Positions 42,119 through 52,823 of a stretch of DNA of 64,000 nt are shown here, in pieces. Every line of letters begins with the position of its first letter. Position 1 is the first letter of the stretch. Made by a program: the position numbers and the translations under genes. The stretch is from assembly GCA_040797665.1 (NCBI GenBank), contig JBFNER010000020.1, positions 9,124 through 73,123 of the forward strand. The letters run 5' to 3'. The notes beneath the pieces were generated by a model. The model was not told where the DNA came from. It did no database searches and saw only the letters and a program-made list of their open reading frames with translations. The stretch comes from Neobacillus sp. (GTDB lineage: Bacteria; Bacillota; Bacilli; Bacillales; Cytobacillaceae).

Positions 42119-45007
42119 TTGAAAGCGGTTGGCCGTTTATTATTAGCTTTTCTTATCATTTTCTCTGCTGTGGGACCATATCTAGTTGGAAAAACCGTTC
42201 AGGCTGAAACAGTTAATACACCAATAAGTCTCGGGTTTACCCCACATGACACAGCAATTGACCCAAACCAACCTGTCGTTTATATGACGAAGCTTGGCAG
42301 TAAGACATTGTATGCAGTTAATTTTTCTACTGGAGCAATTAAAACACTAACATTACCATATCCAGCAGAGAGACTAGACATTCGAAACAACAAGCTTTAT
42401 GTAACTCAGCATAAAATGAGCCATGATTACTACAATTTCGGCCCTTATACAGGAGCGATTGCCGAAATTAATACAGATACTTTCACGGTAAGCCAGGTTT
42501 TAGACATTACTGCAGATCCCTTTGATATCGCAGTTGATGACAAAGGCTATATTTATATTTCCCCTGGTTCAGGTCAGCATGGAAAACTAACCGTTTATTC
42601 TATGACAGAAAAAAAGGAAATAACTCAAAATTCTTTAAGTACAACCCTTTACGCTAGAAGCAATATCTATTTCAATACTGAGACATCAAAGATTTATGCT
42701 AACGATACTACAGGTAGTCCACTAGATATCAAAGGATATGAAGTGGTAAATGGTGTGATCCAAAATAACTATGACTCACCTTATCATGGTGATTATGCTA
42801 TCGGGATAGCAGGAAAAATATCTCCTGATGGCTCGTATATGTACAATAATGGCGGCTATGTATTTAATCTCGCAACCTATAGATCTGGAGATATGACTTT
42901 CCATACTTCTTTTGGAAAAAAATATAACGATTATGAGTTCAGTGAGCAGCTTCAGTTGACATTTGCAGCTAGTGCAACCACTGGAATTGATGTATATCAA
43001 TATGGTACAAACACCTTTTTATATTCATTAAGAAAAGATCTGGCTGTGCAAAAGCTTCATATTCAAAATGGGGTATTGGTTGCAATTAGTAAGAATACCG
43101 CTGGGAGTTACTTTCTAGAAACTTTTAGTGCTGCTTCACAGCCAACCTCAGGCTTGCCAGAAAACCCTGGTATTCCTGATCCAGTTGGTACGCTGAAAAA
43201 TCTTGGATTTAAACCGAATGATGCAGTGATTGATCCCAATCTACCAATCATCTATATGACAAAATTGGGGAGTAAGACGATTTACGCTGTCAATTTTGTT
43301 TCAGGAGAAATTAAGGCACTAGCCTTACCGTATCCTGCAGAGCGACTAGAGTTATACAATGACCGACTTTATGTCACCCAGCACAAAATGGCACATGAGT
43401 ATTACACAACGAAACCATTAGTCGGAGCCATTGCTGAGGTTGATACAACATCCTTTACAGCAACTAAAATTATCGATGTGGATACAGATCCATATGATAT
43501 TGCAATTGATGAGAATGGCTATATTTATATTGCTCCAGGCTCAAACCAGTGGGTAAATATGAAAATATATTCGTTAGCCACAGGTGGAGAAGTACCTGCT
43601 GGTTACACTGCTCAAATGCGAGCATGGTCATATCTCTATTATAATACTGAAACATCAAAGGTGTATTCCATTGATACGGATACTAGTCCAAGAGATGTCG
43701 ATGCTTATGAAGTAAGTAATGGAACGATAAAAGCACACTATGATTCACCTTATCATGGTGACTATCCGCTAGAGCCATTTGCAAAAATCACCCCAGATGG
43801 CTATAGCATGTATAATAACAGCGGCGTAGTTTTTGATTTGGCCATGTATCGATCGGGTGACCTGACTTACACCTTTACATTAGGCAAGAAGTACAATGAT
43901 TATGAGTTCAGTCTACAGCAGGAATTGACCTTTGCTGCTCGAACAGACGGTGGAATTGATGTATATCAATATAATACAAGAAACTACCTGTATACCATCA
44001 GAACGGATCTGACTGTAGAAAAGCTTTATTATCAAGATGGGCAGTTAATTGCGATTGGTATCGATTCAAATGGTCGATATTTTATTGAAGGTATTGATGA
44101 GAATACGGAAGGAATCCCAGAGGATCCGTCTACGCCAACTGATCCTGAAGAGCCAGGGACTCCAACTGATCCTGAAGATCCAGTCACTCCAGAAGAGCCT
44201 ATATCAATCGAATTCATTGACGCTATTTCTTTATGGTGGGATTGGGACGGAGAGTACTATTACGAAGAATTATTTAACGGAGTAAAGGATGTTTCCTTAG
44301 ATAGTATTTTTGTTTTAGGTTTTGACAATTTAGTAGAAGTAATGGATGAAACCCTAATTACGCTGAAAGGCCCTGAGGGAAATGTCGAACTTTATAGTGG
44401 GGCAGAAGAGGATACCTTAACAATTGTTCCCTATCTTCTGAATGGTAGTACAACCTATACCTTAACCGTAAAAAAAGAAGCTATATCGAACTTAGCAAAC
44501 GATGTTGTCATCCAGTTTACGACAGCTTCAAACTGGGAGTACTATGATGGCATTTGGTATTATTATGATCCCTCTATCGGTGACTATGTTACTGGCTGGA
44601 AGGATGTAGCAGGTGTAAGGTACTATTTCAACGAAAATGGTGAAATGCAAACTGGCTGGGAGAAGATTAATAACGTTTGGTACTACTTTACCGGCAGCGG
44701 TGCAATGAAAAAGGGCTGGCTCTTAGATGGAGGCAGTTGGTATTATTTGAATGCCAATGGCTCGATGAAAACAGGCTGGCTGTATACTGGCGGCCAATGG
44801 TACTATTTAACTTCAAGCGGTGCAATGAAGACTGGCTGGTTAAAGCTAGGCACGACGTGGTATTATTTATCCACTAGTGGAGCTATGAAAACAGGCTGGC
44901 AACTAGTAGGGAAAAACTGGTATTACTTCTATAGCAGCGGAGCTATGGCCTACAATATAACAATTGGCGGGTACAAGCTCGGAGCAAGCGGTGCATGGAT
45001 TAAGTAG
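42119..45007 (+). CDS. Large secreted wall-associated protein: two ~320-aa paralogous propeller-like modules, Pro/Glu/Thr linker, Ig-like domain, C-terminal choline/cell-wall-binding repeats
   Basis: A TTG at 42119 (alternative 42110) follows AGGGGGA. Signal peptide ...GKTVQA. See the repeat features below. Confidence 0.8.
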   Translation: MKAVGRLLLAFLIIFSAVGPYLVGKTVQAETVNTPISLGFTPHDTAIDPNQPVVYMTKLGSKTLYAVNFSTGAIKTLTLPYPAERLDIRNNKLYVTQHKMSHDYYNFGPYTGAIAEINTDTFTVSQVLDITADPFDIAVDDKGYIYISPGSGQHGKLTVYSMTEKKEITQNSLSTTLYARSNIYFNTETSKIYANDTTGSPLDIKGYEVVNGVIQNNYDSPYHGDYAIGIAGKISPDGSYMYNNGGYVFNLATYRSGDMTFHTSFGKKYNDYEFSEQLQLTFAASATTGIDVYQYGTNTFLYSLRKDLAVQKLHIQNGVLVAISKNTAGSYFLETFSAASQPTSGLPENPGIPDPVGTLKNLGFKPNDAVIDPNLPIIYMTKLGSKTIYAVNFVSGEIKALALPYPAERLELYNDRLYVTQHKMAHEYYTTKPLVGAIAEVDTTSFTATKIIDVDTDPYDIAIDENGYIYIAPGSNQWVNMKIYSLATGGEVPAGYTAQMRAWSYLYYNTETSKVYSIDTDTSPRDVDAYEVSNGTIKAHYDSPYHGDYPLEPFAKITPDGYSMYNNSGVVFDLAMYRSGDLTYTFTLGKKYNDYEFSLQQELTFAARTDGGIDVYQYNTRNYLYTIRTDLTVEKLYYQDGQLIAIGIDSNGRYFIEGIDENTEGIPEDPSTPTDPEEPGTPTDPEDPVTPEEPISIEFIDAISLWWDWDGEYYYEELFNGVKDVSLDSIFVLGFDNLVEVMDETLITLKGPEGNVELYSGAEEDTLTIVPYLLNGSTTYTLTVKKEAISNLANDVVIQFTTASNWEYYDGIWYYYDPSIGDYVTGWKDVAGVRYYFNENGEMQTGWEKINNVWYYFTGSGAMKKGWLLDGGSWYYLNANGSMKTGWLYTGGQWYYLTSSGAMKTGWLKLGTTWYYLSTSGAMKTGWQLVGKNWYYFYSSGAMAYNITIGGYKLGASGAWIK
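42230..44100 (+). repeat. Internal duplication of a ~300-aa module (period 972 nt)
   Basis: LGFTPHDTAIDPNQPVVYMTKLGSKTLYAVNFSTGAIKTLTLPYPAERLDIRNNKLYVTQHKM... is paralleled by LGFKPNDAVIDPNLPIIYMTKLGSKTIYAVNFVSGEIKALALPYPAERLELYNDRLYVTQHKM.... Confidence 0.85.
44135..44200 (+). repeat. 27-bp tandem repeat encoding the TPTDPEEPG / TPTDPEDPV / TPEEP linker
   Basis: ccaactgatcctgaaga occurs at 44135 and 44162. Confidence 0.8.
44531..45004 (+). repeat. Seven to eight ~20-aa cell-wall/choline-binding (CW_binding_1-type) repeats
   Basis: Reiterated GW..(G)..WYY(L/F)..SGAMKTGW units. Confidence 0.8.
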
Positions 45008-45018
45008 CAGTTAGCGGG

Positions 45019-45049
45019 CAAGACTCACTATTTGGGAGTCTTGTTTTTT
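45019..45049 (+). terminator. Rho-independent terminator
   Basis: caagactc-actatttgg-gagtcttg followed by T6. Confidence 0.85.
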
Positions 45050-45127
45050 CTATTCATACCTTTTTTGTTGCAATTTCTTTCATATATTTCTAGAATATAT
45101 TCAGAAACGAATGAATGAGGTGGACCC

Positions 45128-45361
45128 ATGCCGATTGAATATGTATCTGCGCTAATATTGCCGGGCTTACTCGTTTTGCTCTTTACACGGGTCACTTATA
45201 ATCGATACATCGGACTTGCTTTAACCGTTGGGTTAATTGCGGCTTCAGTTTATAAAGGCTACACAGATACTTTTACCTTAATTGTGCTTGATGCCTTTTC
45301 GCTCACAGCCGGTTTTTGGTTAGCTTTAAAACTGAAGCAGAGAGCAGTAAAAAGGAGTTAA
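45128..45361 (+). CDS. csbA: Small two-TM stress protein CsbA-like
   Basis: 77 aa. The LFTRVTYNRYIGLALT motif matches my recollection of B. subtilis CsbA. Syntenic position just upstream of uvrB. Confidence 0.65.
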   Translation: MPIEYVSALILPGLLVLLFTRVTYNRYIGLALTVGLIAASVYKGYTDTFTLIVLDAFSLTAGFWLALKLKQRAVKRS

Positions 45362-45379
45362 ATCATTTCAACCATCTAG

Positions 45380-45410
45380 AAGCCTGCGCATACTGAGCGC
45401 AGGCTTTTTT
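45380..45410 (+). terminator. Rho-independent terminator
   Basis: aagcctgcgc-atactga-gcgcaggctt followed by T6. Confidence 0.85.
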
Positions 45411-45430
45411 AGGTGGTTATTTTGAAAAAA

Positions 45431-45444
45431 CGAATATCAGTTCG
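45431..45444. promoter_or_regulatory. LexA (Cheo) box upstream of uvrB
   Basis: CGAATATCAGTTCG versus CGAAC-N4-GTTCG (one mismatch). Confidence 0.6.
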
Positions 45445-45520
45445 CATATTGTTGGTTAGTTTCTGGTAATTTGTGATAGAATGTTAATATGAAAATTTAG
45501 AGGCCAGGGAGGATACATGT

Positions 45521-47500
45521 GTGAAGGACCAATTTGAATTAGTTTCAAAATACACGCCCCAGGGCGACCAGCCAGCGGCTATCCGCCAGCTGGTTGATGG
45601 TATAAAAGAAAATAAGCAGTATCAGACGCTATTAGGTGCCACTGGAACGGGTAAAACATTTACCGTATCTAATGTGATTAAAGAGGTCAATAAACCAACA
45701 TTAGTCATTGCCCACAATAAGACTCTAGCTGGCCAGCTATACAGTGAGTTCAAGGATTTTTTTCCAAACAATGCAGTAGAGTATTTTGTCAGTTACTACG
45801 ATTATTATCAGCCTGAAGCATATGTACCTCAAACAGATACATTCATTGAAAAAGATGCCAGCATCAATGATGAAATCGATAAGCTGCGCCACTCGGCCAC
45901 ATCTTCGCTTTTTGAACGAAAAGACGTGATTATTATTGCCAGTGTCTCCTGTATATACGGCCTCGGTTCTCCGGAAGAATACCGAGAAATGGTGTTATCT
46001 CTAAGAACAGGAATGGAAATGGAACGCAATCACTTGCTGCACCGTTTGGTAGATATTCAATATGAACGAAATGATATTGACTTTAAGCGTGGGACCTTCC
46101 GTGTTCGCGGTGATGTTGTTGAGATTTTTCCTGTATCGCGTGATGAACACTGTTTACGGGTAGAGTTTTTCGGAGATGAAATTGATCGGATTCGAGAAGT
46201 CGATGCGCTTACTGGTGAAATCATTGGCGAGCGAGAGCATGTCGCGATTTTCCCAGCTTCCCACTTCGTAACAAGAGAAGAAAAAATGCGAATTGCGATT
46301 CAGAATATAGAAAAGGAACTAGAAGAACGACTAGAGGAACTGCGCTCCGAAGACAAATTACTCGAAGCCCAGCGAATTGAACAGCGGACACGCTATGATC
46401 TTGAAATGATGCGAGAGATGGGCTTCTGCTCAGGGATCGAAAATTATTCGCGGCATCTTACTTTAAGACCAGCGGGTTCGACACCCTATACACTGCTGGA
46501 TTATTTTCCAGAGGATTTTCTATTAGTTATTGACGAATCACATGTGACCTTACCGCAAATCCGCGGGATGTTTAACGGAGATAAAGCGCGGAAACAGGTA
46601 CTGGTAGACCATGGTTTCCGTCTCCCATCCGCACTAGACAATCGACCGCTTACTTTTGATGAGTTTGAGAAGCATGTCCACAACGCGATTTTTGTATCAG
46701 CTACGCCTGGACCATATGAGTTGGAGCATACGCCAGAAATGATTGAACAAATTATTCGTCCTACTGGCTTGCTCGATCCAACGATTGAGGTTCGGCCGAT
46801 TGAAGGTCAAATTGATGATTTAATTGGTGAAATTCAGGAACGAGTGAAAAGGAATGAACGGGTGCTCGTAACAACATTGACAAAGAAAATGTCAGAGGAC
46901 TTAACCGATTATCTGAAAGAAATCGGAATCAAAGTACAATACTTGCATTCTGAAGTCAAAACGCTCGAGCGGATTGAAATCATTCGTGAGCTGCGTCTTG
47001 GAAAGTACGATGTTCTCATCGGCATTAACCTGCTACGGGAAGGACTCGACATCCCAGAGGTTTCGCTGATTACAATTCTGGATGCAGACAAGGAAGGCTT
47101 CCTCCGTTCAGAACGGTCACTCATTCAAACCATCGGACGTGCCGCTCGTAATTCGAACGGTCATGTTATTATGTATGCCGACCGGATTACAAACTCAATG
47201 GAACTGGCGATCAGTGAAACGAAGCGCCGTCGTGCTATTCAGGAAGAGTATAATCAAAAGCATGGAATTACACCGACGACGATACAGAAGGCGATCCGTG
47301 ATGTGATTCGCGCGACGCATGCTGCCGAGGAACAGGAAGACTATAAACCAGCAGCATCATTCGGCAAGATGTCAAAAAAGGAAAAAGAGAAACTGCTTGC
47401 TACAATGGAGAACGAAATGAAGGCCGAGGCAAAAGCGCTTAATTTTGAACGTGCTGCCGAGCTTCGTGATTTAATTTTGGAATTGAAAGCGGAAGGATAA
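45521..47500 (+). CDS. uvrB: Excinuclease ABC subunit B
   Basis: GTG start. [33 protein letters not shown], and a C-terminal UVR motif. Confidence 0.97.
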   Translation: MKDQFELVSKYTPQGDQPAAIRQLVDGIKENKQYQTLLGATGTGKTFTVSNVIKEVNKPTLVIAHNKTLAGQLYSEFKDFFPNNAVEYFVSYYDYYQPEAYVPQTDTFIEKDASINDEIDKLRHSATSSLFERKDVIIIASVSCIYGLGSPEEYREMVLSLRTGMEMERNHLLHRLVDIQYERNDIDFKRGTFRVRGDVVEIFPVSRDEHCLRVEFFGDEIDRIREVDALTGEIIGEREHVAIFPASHFVTREEKMRIAIQNIEKELEERLEELRSEDKLLEAQRIEQRTRYDLEMMREMGFCSGIENYSRHLTLRPAGSTPYTLLDYFPEDFLLVIDESHVTLPQIRGMFNGDKARKQVLVDHGFRLPSALDNRPLTFDEFEKHVHNAIFVSATPGPYELEHTPEMIEQIIRPTGLLDPTIEVRPIEGQIDDLIGEIQERVKRNERVLVTTLTKKMSEDLTDYLKEIGIKVQYLHSEVKTLERIEIIRELRLGKYDVLIGINLLREGLDIPEVSLITILDADKEGFLRSERSLIQTIGRAARNSNGHVIMYADRITNSMELAISETKRRRAIQEEYNQKHGITPTTIQKAIRDVIRATHAAEEQEDYKPAASFGKMSKKEKEKLLATMENEMKAEAKALNFERAAELRDLILELKAEG

Positions 47501-47506
47501 CAAAAC

Positions 47507-50383
47507 ATGGCAATGGATAAATTGATTGTAAAAGGTGCTAGAGCACATAATTTAAAAAATATAGACGTCACGATACCAAGAGATAAGCTTGTGGTGATCA
47601 CGGGTCTTTCAGGTTCTGGAAAGAGTTCACTCGCTTTCGATACGATTTACGCTGAAGGTCAGCGCCGCTATGTTGAATCGCTTTCGGCCTACGCCAGACA
47701 ATTTCTAGGGCAAATGGATAAGCCAGACGTTGATATGATAGAAGGGTTATCACCAGCCATTAGTATTGATCAAAAAACAACCAGCCGGAACCCCCGCTCA
47801 ACTGTTGGAACGGTTACTGAAATCTATGATTATCTGCGCTTGCTTTATGCGCGTGTTGGCCGTCCAACCTGTCCCATTCACAATATTGAAATCTCCTCGC
47901 AAACAATCGAGCAGATGGTCGACAGGGTATTAGAGTTTCCGGAACGAACGAAAATGCAAATTCTTGCTCCTGTCGTATCTGGGCGAAAAGGATCTCATGT
48001 TAAGGTCCTTGAGGATATTAAGAAGAAGGGGTTTGTCAGAGTTAGGGTAGATGGAGAAATCCTTGATGTAAGTGATGAGATAGAACTTGAGAAAAATAAA
48101 AAGCACTCAATCGAAGTGGTCGTGGACCGGATTGTGGTGAAAGAAGGAATCTCTGCACGGATCGCTGATTCGATTGAATCCGCTTTAGGTCTTGGTGAAG
48201 GTAAGGTAATTGTCGATGTAATCGGTCAGGAAGAACTTCTTTTTAGTGAAAATCACGCCTGTCCGCACTGCGGCTTCTCCATAGGTGAATTGGAGCCAAG
48301 GATGTTTTCTTTTAACAGTCCCTTCGGTGCCTGCCCAGAATGTGATGGATTAGGTTCAAAACAAGAGGTCGATATCGATTTAGTCATTCCGAACAAAGAA
48401 TTATCGCTTAAACAACATGCCATTGCGCCATGGGAACCGACAAGCTCACAATATTATCCGCAGCTCCTAGAGGCGGTCTGCAACCACTATGGAATTGATA
48501 TGGATATACCAGTGCAAGATATTCCAAACCATCTTCTAGATAAGATTTTATATGGCTCGGAAGGTGACAAAATCTATTTTCGTTATGAAAATGATTTTGG
48601 ACAGATCCGCGATGGATATATCGAATTTGAAGGTGTCATTCGCAATGTGGAGCGCCGTTTTAAGGAGACGAGTTCAGATTATATTCGTGAGCAAATGGAA
48701 AAATATATGGCCGAGCAGCCCTGTCCGACTTGTAAAGGATACCGCTTGAAAAAAGAAACACTAGCAGTTCTTATTTCTGGTCAACATATATCCCAAGTCA
48801 CCGACCTTTCAATTGCTGAGGCCCAAGCATTTTTTGATGGCTTAAGCCTGACTGATAAAGAAATGCAAATTGCAAAATTGATTTTCCAAGAAATAAGAGA
48901 GCGTCTTGGTTTTCTGATGAATGTTGGTCTTGACTATCTCAGTATGAGCCGGGCTGCAGGAACACTATCGGGGGGTGAAGCACAAAGGATTCGTTTGGCG
49001 ACACAAATTGGCTCAAGGCTGACAGGTGTTCTCTATATTCTAGATGAGCCTTCTATCGGTCTTCATCAACGCGATAATGACCGGCTTATTGAAACATTGA
49101 GAAACATGCGTGATATTGGCAATACGTTAATTGTCGTCGAACACGATGAGGACACGATGCTTGCTGCCGACTATTTAATTGATATCGGTCCTGGAGCAGG
49201 GGTACACGGAGGAGAAATCATCTCCTCTGGAACACCAGCAGAAGTGATGGCTGATGACAATTCGTTAACGGGTCAGTACTTAGCCGGTAAAAAGTTTATC
49301 CCGCTGCCAATTGAGCGACGTAAGCCAGATGGCCGCTATATCGAAATCAAAGGTGCATCAGAAAACAACCTGAAGAACGTAAATGTGAAGCTCCCCCTTG
49401 GCGTATTTGTTGCTGTTACAGGAGTATCCGGTTCAGGTAAGAGTACACTTATTAATGAGATTCTTCATAAATCTTTAGCTCAAAGGCTCAATCGTGCAAA
49501 AACCAAGCCTGGAGAACATAAGAGTATTAAGGGGATTGATTACTTAGAAAAGGTCATTGATATTGACCAATCTCCAATTGGCAGAACACCACGTTCTAAC
49601 CCGGCAACCTATACCGGTGTATTTGATGATATTCGCGATTTATTTGCGTCAACGAACGAGGCGAAAGTCAGAGGGTACAAAAAGGGCCGCTTTAGCTTTA
49701 ATGTAAAGGGCGGGCGTTGTGAGGCCTGCCGTGGTGATGGTATTATCAAAATCGAAATGCATTTCCTCCCTGATGTTTATGTCCCATGTGAGGTTTGCCA
49801 TGGCAAGCGGTACAATCGTGAGACATTGGAAGTGAAGTATAAGGGTAAAAGCATTTCAGACATTTTAGATATGACAGTAGAAGCAGCAGTAGAATTTTTC
49901 GAAAACATTCCCAAAATTAGCCGCAAGGTGCAGACGATTTATGATGTGGGTCTTGGTTATATGACATTAGGCCAGCCGGCTACCACTCTGTCTGGAGGAG
50001 AAGCACAGCGTATAAAGCTTGCCTCTGAATTGCACCGCAGATCAAACGGAAAAACCTTCTACATTCTGGATGAGCCGACAACGGGTCTTCATGTTGATGA
50101 CATATCTCGATTATTGGTGGTATTACAGCGGTTAGTAGAAAACGGAGATACCGTCCTAGTCATTGAACATAATCTTGATGTTATCAAAGCTGTTGACTAT
50201 ATCGTTGACCTTGGCCCCGAAGGCGGAGACAAAGGCGGTACCATCATTGCATCGGGAACACCTGAAAAAGTAGCAGAAGTACCAGAATCGTATACAGGAA
50301 AATACCTAAAACCAATCCTTGAACGCGACAGGATCAGAATGAAACAACAAATTGAAGAAAAAGAAATGATCACAAAAAGCTAA
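47507..50383 (+). CDS. uvrA: Excinuclease ABC subunit A
   Basis: Two ABC modules ([18 protein letters not shown]), zinc-finger Cys clusters, 958 aa. Confidence 0.97.
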   Translation: MAMDKLIVKGARAHNLKNIDVTIPRDKLVVITGLSGSGKSSLAFDTIYAEGQRRYVESLSAYARQFLGQMDKPDVDMIEGLSPAISIDQKTTSRNPRSTVGTVTEIYDYLRLLYARVGRPTCPIHNIEISSQTIEQMVDRVLEFPERTKMQILAPVVSGRKGSHVKVLEDIKKKGFVRVRVDGEILDVSDEIELEKNKKHSIEVVVDRIVVKEGISARIADSIESALGLGEGKVIVDVIGQEELLFSENHACPHCGFSIGELEPRMFSFNSPFGACPECDGLGSKQEVDIDLVIPNKELSLKQHAIAPWEPTSSQYYPQLLEAVCNHYGIDMDIPVQDIPNHLLDKILYGSEGDKIYFRYENDFGQIRDGYIEFEGVIRNVERRFKETSSDYIREQMEKYMAEQPCPTCKGYRLKKETLAVLISGQHISQVTDLSIAEAQAFFDGLSLTDKEMQIAKLIFQEIRERLGFLMNVGLDYLSMSRAAGTLSGGEAQRIRLATQIGSRLTGVLYILDEPSIGLHQRDNDRLIETLRNMRDIGNTLIVVEHDEDTMLAADYLIDIGPGAGVHGGEIISSGTPAEVMADDNSLTGQYLAGKKFIPLPIERRKPDGRYIEIKGASENNLKNVNVKLPLGVFVAVTGVSGSGKSTLINEILHKSLAQRLNRAKTKPGEHKSIKGIDYLEKVIDIDQSPIGRTPRSNPATYTGVFDDIRDLFASTNEAKVRGYKKGRFSFNVKGGRCEACRGDGIIKIEMHFLPDVYVPCEVCHGKRYNRETLEVKYKGKSISDILDMTVEAAVEFFENIPKISRKVQTIYDVGLGYMTLGQPATTLSGGEAQRIKLASELHRRSNGKTFYILDEPTTGLHVDDISRLLVVLQRLVENGDTVLVIEHNLDVIKAVDYIVDLGPEGGDKGGTIIASGTPEKVAEVPESYTGKYLKPILERDRIRMKQQIEEKEMITKS

Positions 50384-50408
50384 AACATCATGTTTTAGCT
50401 TTTTTTTT
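50378..50408 (+). terminator. Rho-independent terminator overlapping the uvrA stop
   Basis: agctaaaaca-tca-tgttttagct followed by T9. Confidence 0.85.
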
Positions 50409-50567
50409 GCGGTTTTTGTAAAGATTTTTATCTTAAAAATTCCTTCTAACTGTAAACTTTTTGGAGATTTATACGTCTACATATTGAGTGATAAGTTTCG
50501 TTAATATTGAAGCTATTCTGAATTAATCATAAAATCATTTTACAAATACCCAAATAAGGAGATGCTT

Positions 50568-51509
50568 ATGGCTATTGCTCGTTCAATTTTAAAAGATGGA
50601 TTACTCTGGCTCATTGTTATGCTGCTCTTTTTATCACTATTATTTTTACCACGCTCTGCGGCATACTCAGAAGGACAAGGAGGGATGTACACAGGTGCCA
50701 AATACGATTATTCGTTCGAAGCACATATGGATGAGTTTAAGGAATTTGTTCAGTACATAAAAGAAAATAAGGGATTAGGAACTGTTTATAATGGTCATTC
50801 TCTAAATGAAAATGTTTTGCGTACCTTTATGAAAAGCATGCTCATTACCATCCCCGCTTTACTGCTTGGATTTTTCCTTGGCGTAGCAAAAGGAGTTTTT
50901 GATTATCGGGTCAGAAACCGAAAAGGAAGATTGGCTGGAGTGACGGTCACAAGATTTTTCCTATCTGTGCCAGATTTATTTCTCATCATCTTCATGCAGC
51001 TTTTGATTATGGAACTTTATGAAAAGGGGATTATTCCACATATAAGCGTATATGGCAGTGATGAAGTAAGCGTTGTAATTCTTGCTATTATCTTCTTAAT
51101 GATTTATCCGCTGTTCTACATAGCAAATATCACGTTTTTTAGTATAAGGGATGAACAAGGAATGGATTACATACGTACAGCCCTTTCAAAAGGAACCTCT
51201 TCATTTAAAATATTGTACAGTCATGTACTAAAAAATTGTTTTGTGAAAATCTTAAGCCATGCCAACACCATTACTATCTATACTCTATCAAACTTATTTA
51301 TAGTAGAATTTCTGACGAACTATAGGGGGGCGGCTATTTTCTTTTATGAAACGATGACCGCCCCGCAGGAATTTTTCGTTGGTCAGCAATTTAGCTTTCA
51401 TGTTTATCCGGCAGCAGGTTATATTATTCTTTTTACTGGGGTAATTTATATCTCAAAAATACTAAGTCAAATTGCTAGAGGAATGGTGTCACCATTGGAA
51501 AGGAATTGA
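50568..51509 (+). CDS. Divergent Opp/Dpp-type ABC permease (DppB-like)
   Basis: ATG lies 6 nt after AAGGAG. Six TM segments. The EAA-like loop reads YIRTALSKGTSSFKILYSHVLKNC. Confidence 0.7.
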   Translation: MAIARSILKDGLLWLIVMLLFLSLLFLPRSAAYSEGQGGMYTGAKYDYSFEAHMDEFKEFVQYIKENKGLGTVYNGHSLNENVLRTFMKSMLITIPALLLGFFLGVAKGVFDYRVRNRKGRLAGVTVTRFFLSVPDLFLIIFMQLLIMELYEKGIIPHISVYGSDEVSVVILAIIFLMIYPLFYIANITFFSIRDEQGMDYIRTALSKGTSSFKILYSHVLKNCFVKILSHANTITIYTLSNLFIVEFLTNYRGAAIFFYETMTAPQEFFVGQQFSFHVYPAAGYIILFTGVIYISKILSQIARGMVSPLERN

Positions 51510-52420
51510 TAGATTTGAATAATTGGAAGCTTTTTGTCAGCTCTTTTTTACTAATGATCTTATTGATTATCGTCTTTGCTGGAGCCCATTTACCCTTTGT
51601 TGATACAGATTTAAAGGAAACAGGTGTGATTAAAACGGAAGAGGGACAGTTTCTTCTACCGCCATTTCCGCCAATGGAGGGATATCTGTTAGGAAGTAAT
51701 CACAAAGGAATTGATATTCTTAGCTTAATTATTTTAGGAGCAAAGGAGACTCTTTTAATTGTAATTAGTGTCGTCATCCTTCGATATATCGTCGCTATCC
51801 CGTTAGCCATCGGTGGTTTTTATTCGAAATTCGTTGAAAATGTTCTAAAGATTTGGCAGCAATTATTTTCGTTTATGCCGCCGATTTTCTTCGTAGCATT
51901 CTTTGTCACTTTACCAATTATGTTTTTTGCTGAGAATCGAGGGTTATGGGTTATTGCCGTCCTAGCACTTCTGGAAGCGGGGAGAATTGCTGAGATTATT
52001 CTTGACCATATGCAGGAAACGGAAAAAAGACCGTATATAGAAGCGGGAATTGTAGCAGGTGGGACTCAATTGCGAATGTTCCGTAATTACTATTTACCGG
52101 TTGTCATCCCTCATATCATTATTTTAATTATTAATGACATGGGGCGTGTACTTTTTTTATTAGCCCAGCTAGGAATTGTTCATATCTATGTGACACATAA
52201 GTTTATTACGTTAGAAAGCGGAGCATATGAAGTGGTCAATTCGTCCTTAGCATGGCCGACGATGTTTGAGACGATTACCCGTGACATTTTTTCATATGAG
52301 TGGATCCCATTTTCCGTCATCGCTGCGATTACTTTGACCATTTTTACGTTTAATTTATTTGCAGATGGGATGCAGAGGTTTTTTGAAATTAAATATCGAA
52401 CAATTAGGAATGACTTATAA
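51506..52420 (+). CDS. Divergent Opp/Dpp-type ABC permease (DppC-like)
   Basis: Overlapping start. The EAA-like loop reads YIEAGIVAGGTQLRMFRNYYLPVVIPH. Confidence 0.7.
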   Translation: MIDLNNWKLFVSSFLLMILLIIVFAGAHLPFVDTDLKETGVIKTEEGQFLLPPFPPMEGYLLGSNHKGIDILSLIILGAKETLLIVISVVILRYIVAIPLAIGGFYSKFVENVLKIWQQLFSFMPPIFFVAFFVTLPIMFFAENRGLWVIAVLALLEAGRIAEIILDHMQETEKRPYIEAGIVAGGTQLRMFRNYYLPVVIPHIIILIINDMGRVLFLLAQLGIVHIYVTHKFITLESGAYEVVNSSLAWPTMFETITRDIFSYEWIPFSVIAAITLTIFTFNLFADGMQRFFEIKYRTIRNDL

Positions 52421-52476
52421 AAATTTGAAACTTTCATTTTCCCATTCCGTATTAAGGGAGAAGGAGTTGAAACGAA

Positions 52477-52791
52477 ATGGAAACGAGAAAGGTTCTGTCA
52501 GGCTTATGTTATTTTAGTATTTTTTTTGCAGGATTTATTTTTCCATTGGTTGTTTATTTTGCCTCTGGTGATGAGATCACAAAGGTGCATGCAAAAAAGG
52601 CATTTCTCTCCCACTTAATCCCGTTGATCCTCATTCCGTTCATATTTATAGCTTTGTTCTTTGATGCATCAACCATTCAAGGCGAAATTCCGGTATTTAC
52701 AATTATTTCAGCTGCAGTAGTTGTCTTGGTTAGTTTAGGGGTTACGATTTGGAATGTGATAAAAGGGGTAAAGGTATTAGTGGCAGAATAA
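52477..52791 (+). CDS. Small membrane protein (DUF4870 / YvlA-like)
   Basis: 104 aa, three TM segments. It sits at the head of a yvlABD-like cluster. Confidence 0.5.
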   Translation: METRKVLSGLCYFSIFFAGFIFPLVVYFASGDEITKVHAKKAFLSHLIPLILIPFIFIALFFDASTIQGEIPVFTIISAAVVVLVSLGVTIWNVIKGVKVLVAE

Positions 52792-52823
52792 ACATAGTAA
52801 AGAATAAACTTATGAGGTGGAAA

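Noticed and set aside
44531-45004. Choline-binding/CROP-like repeats suggesting a large clostridial-type toxin.
   Set aside because: The protein has no glucosyltransferase, cysteine-protease or translocation-domain motifs. The N-terminal two-thirds consist of a duplicated propeller-like module.
45050-45127. I looked for the sigma-B promoter (GTTTAA-N12-14-GGGTAT) expected upstream of csbA.
   Set aside because: No convincing match is visible, so no promoter is called.
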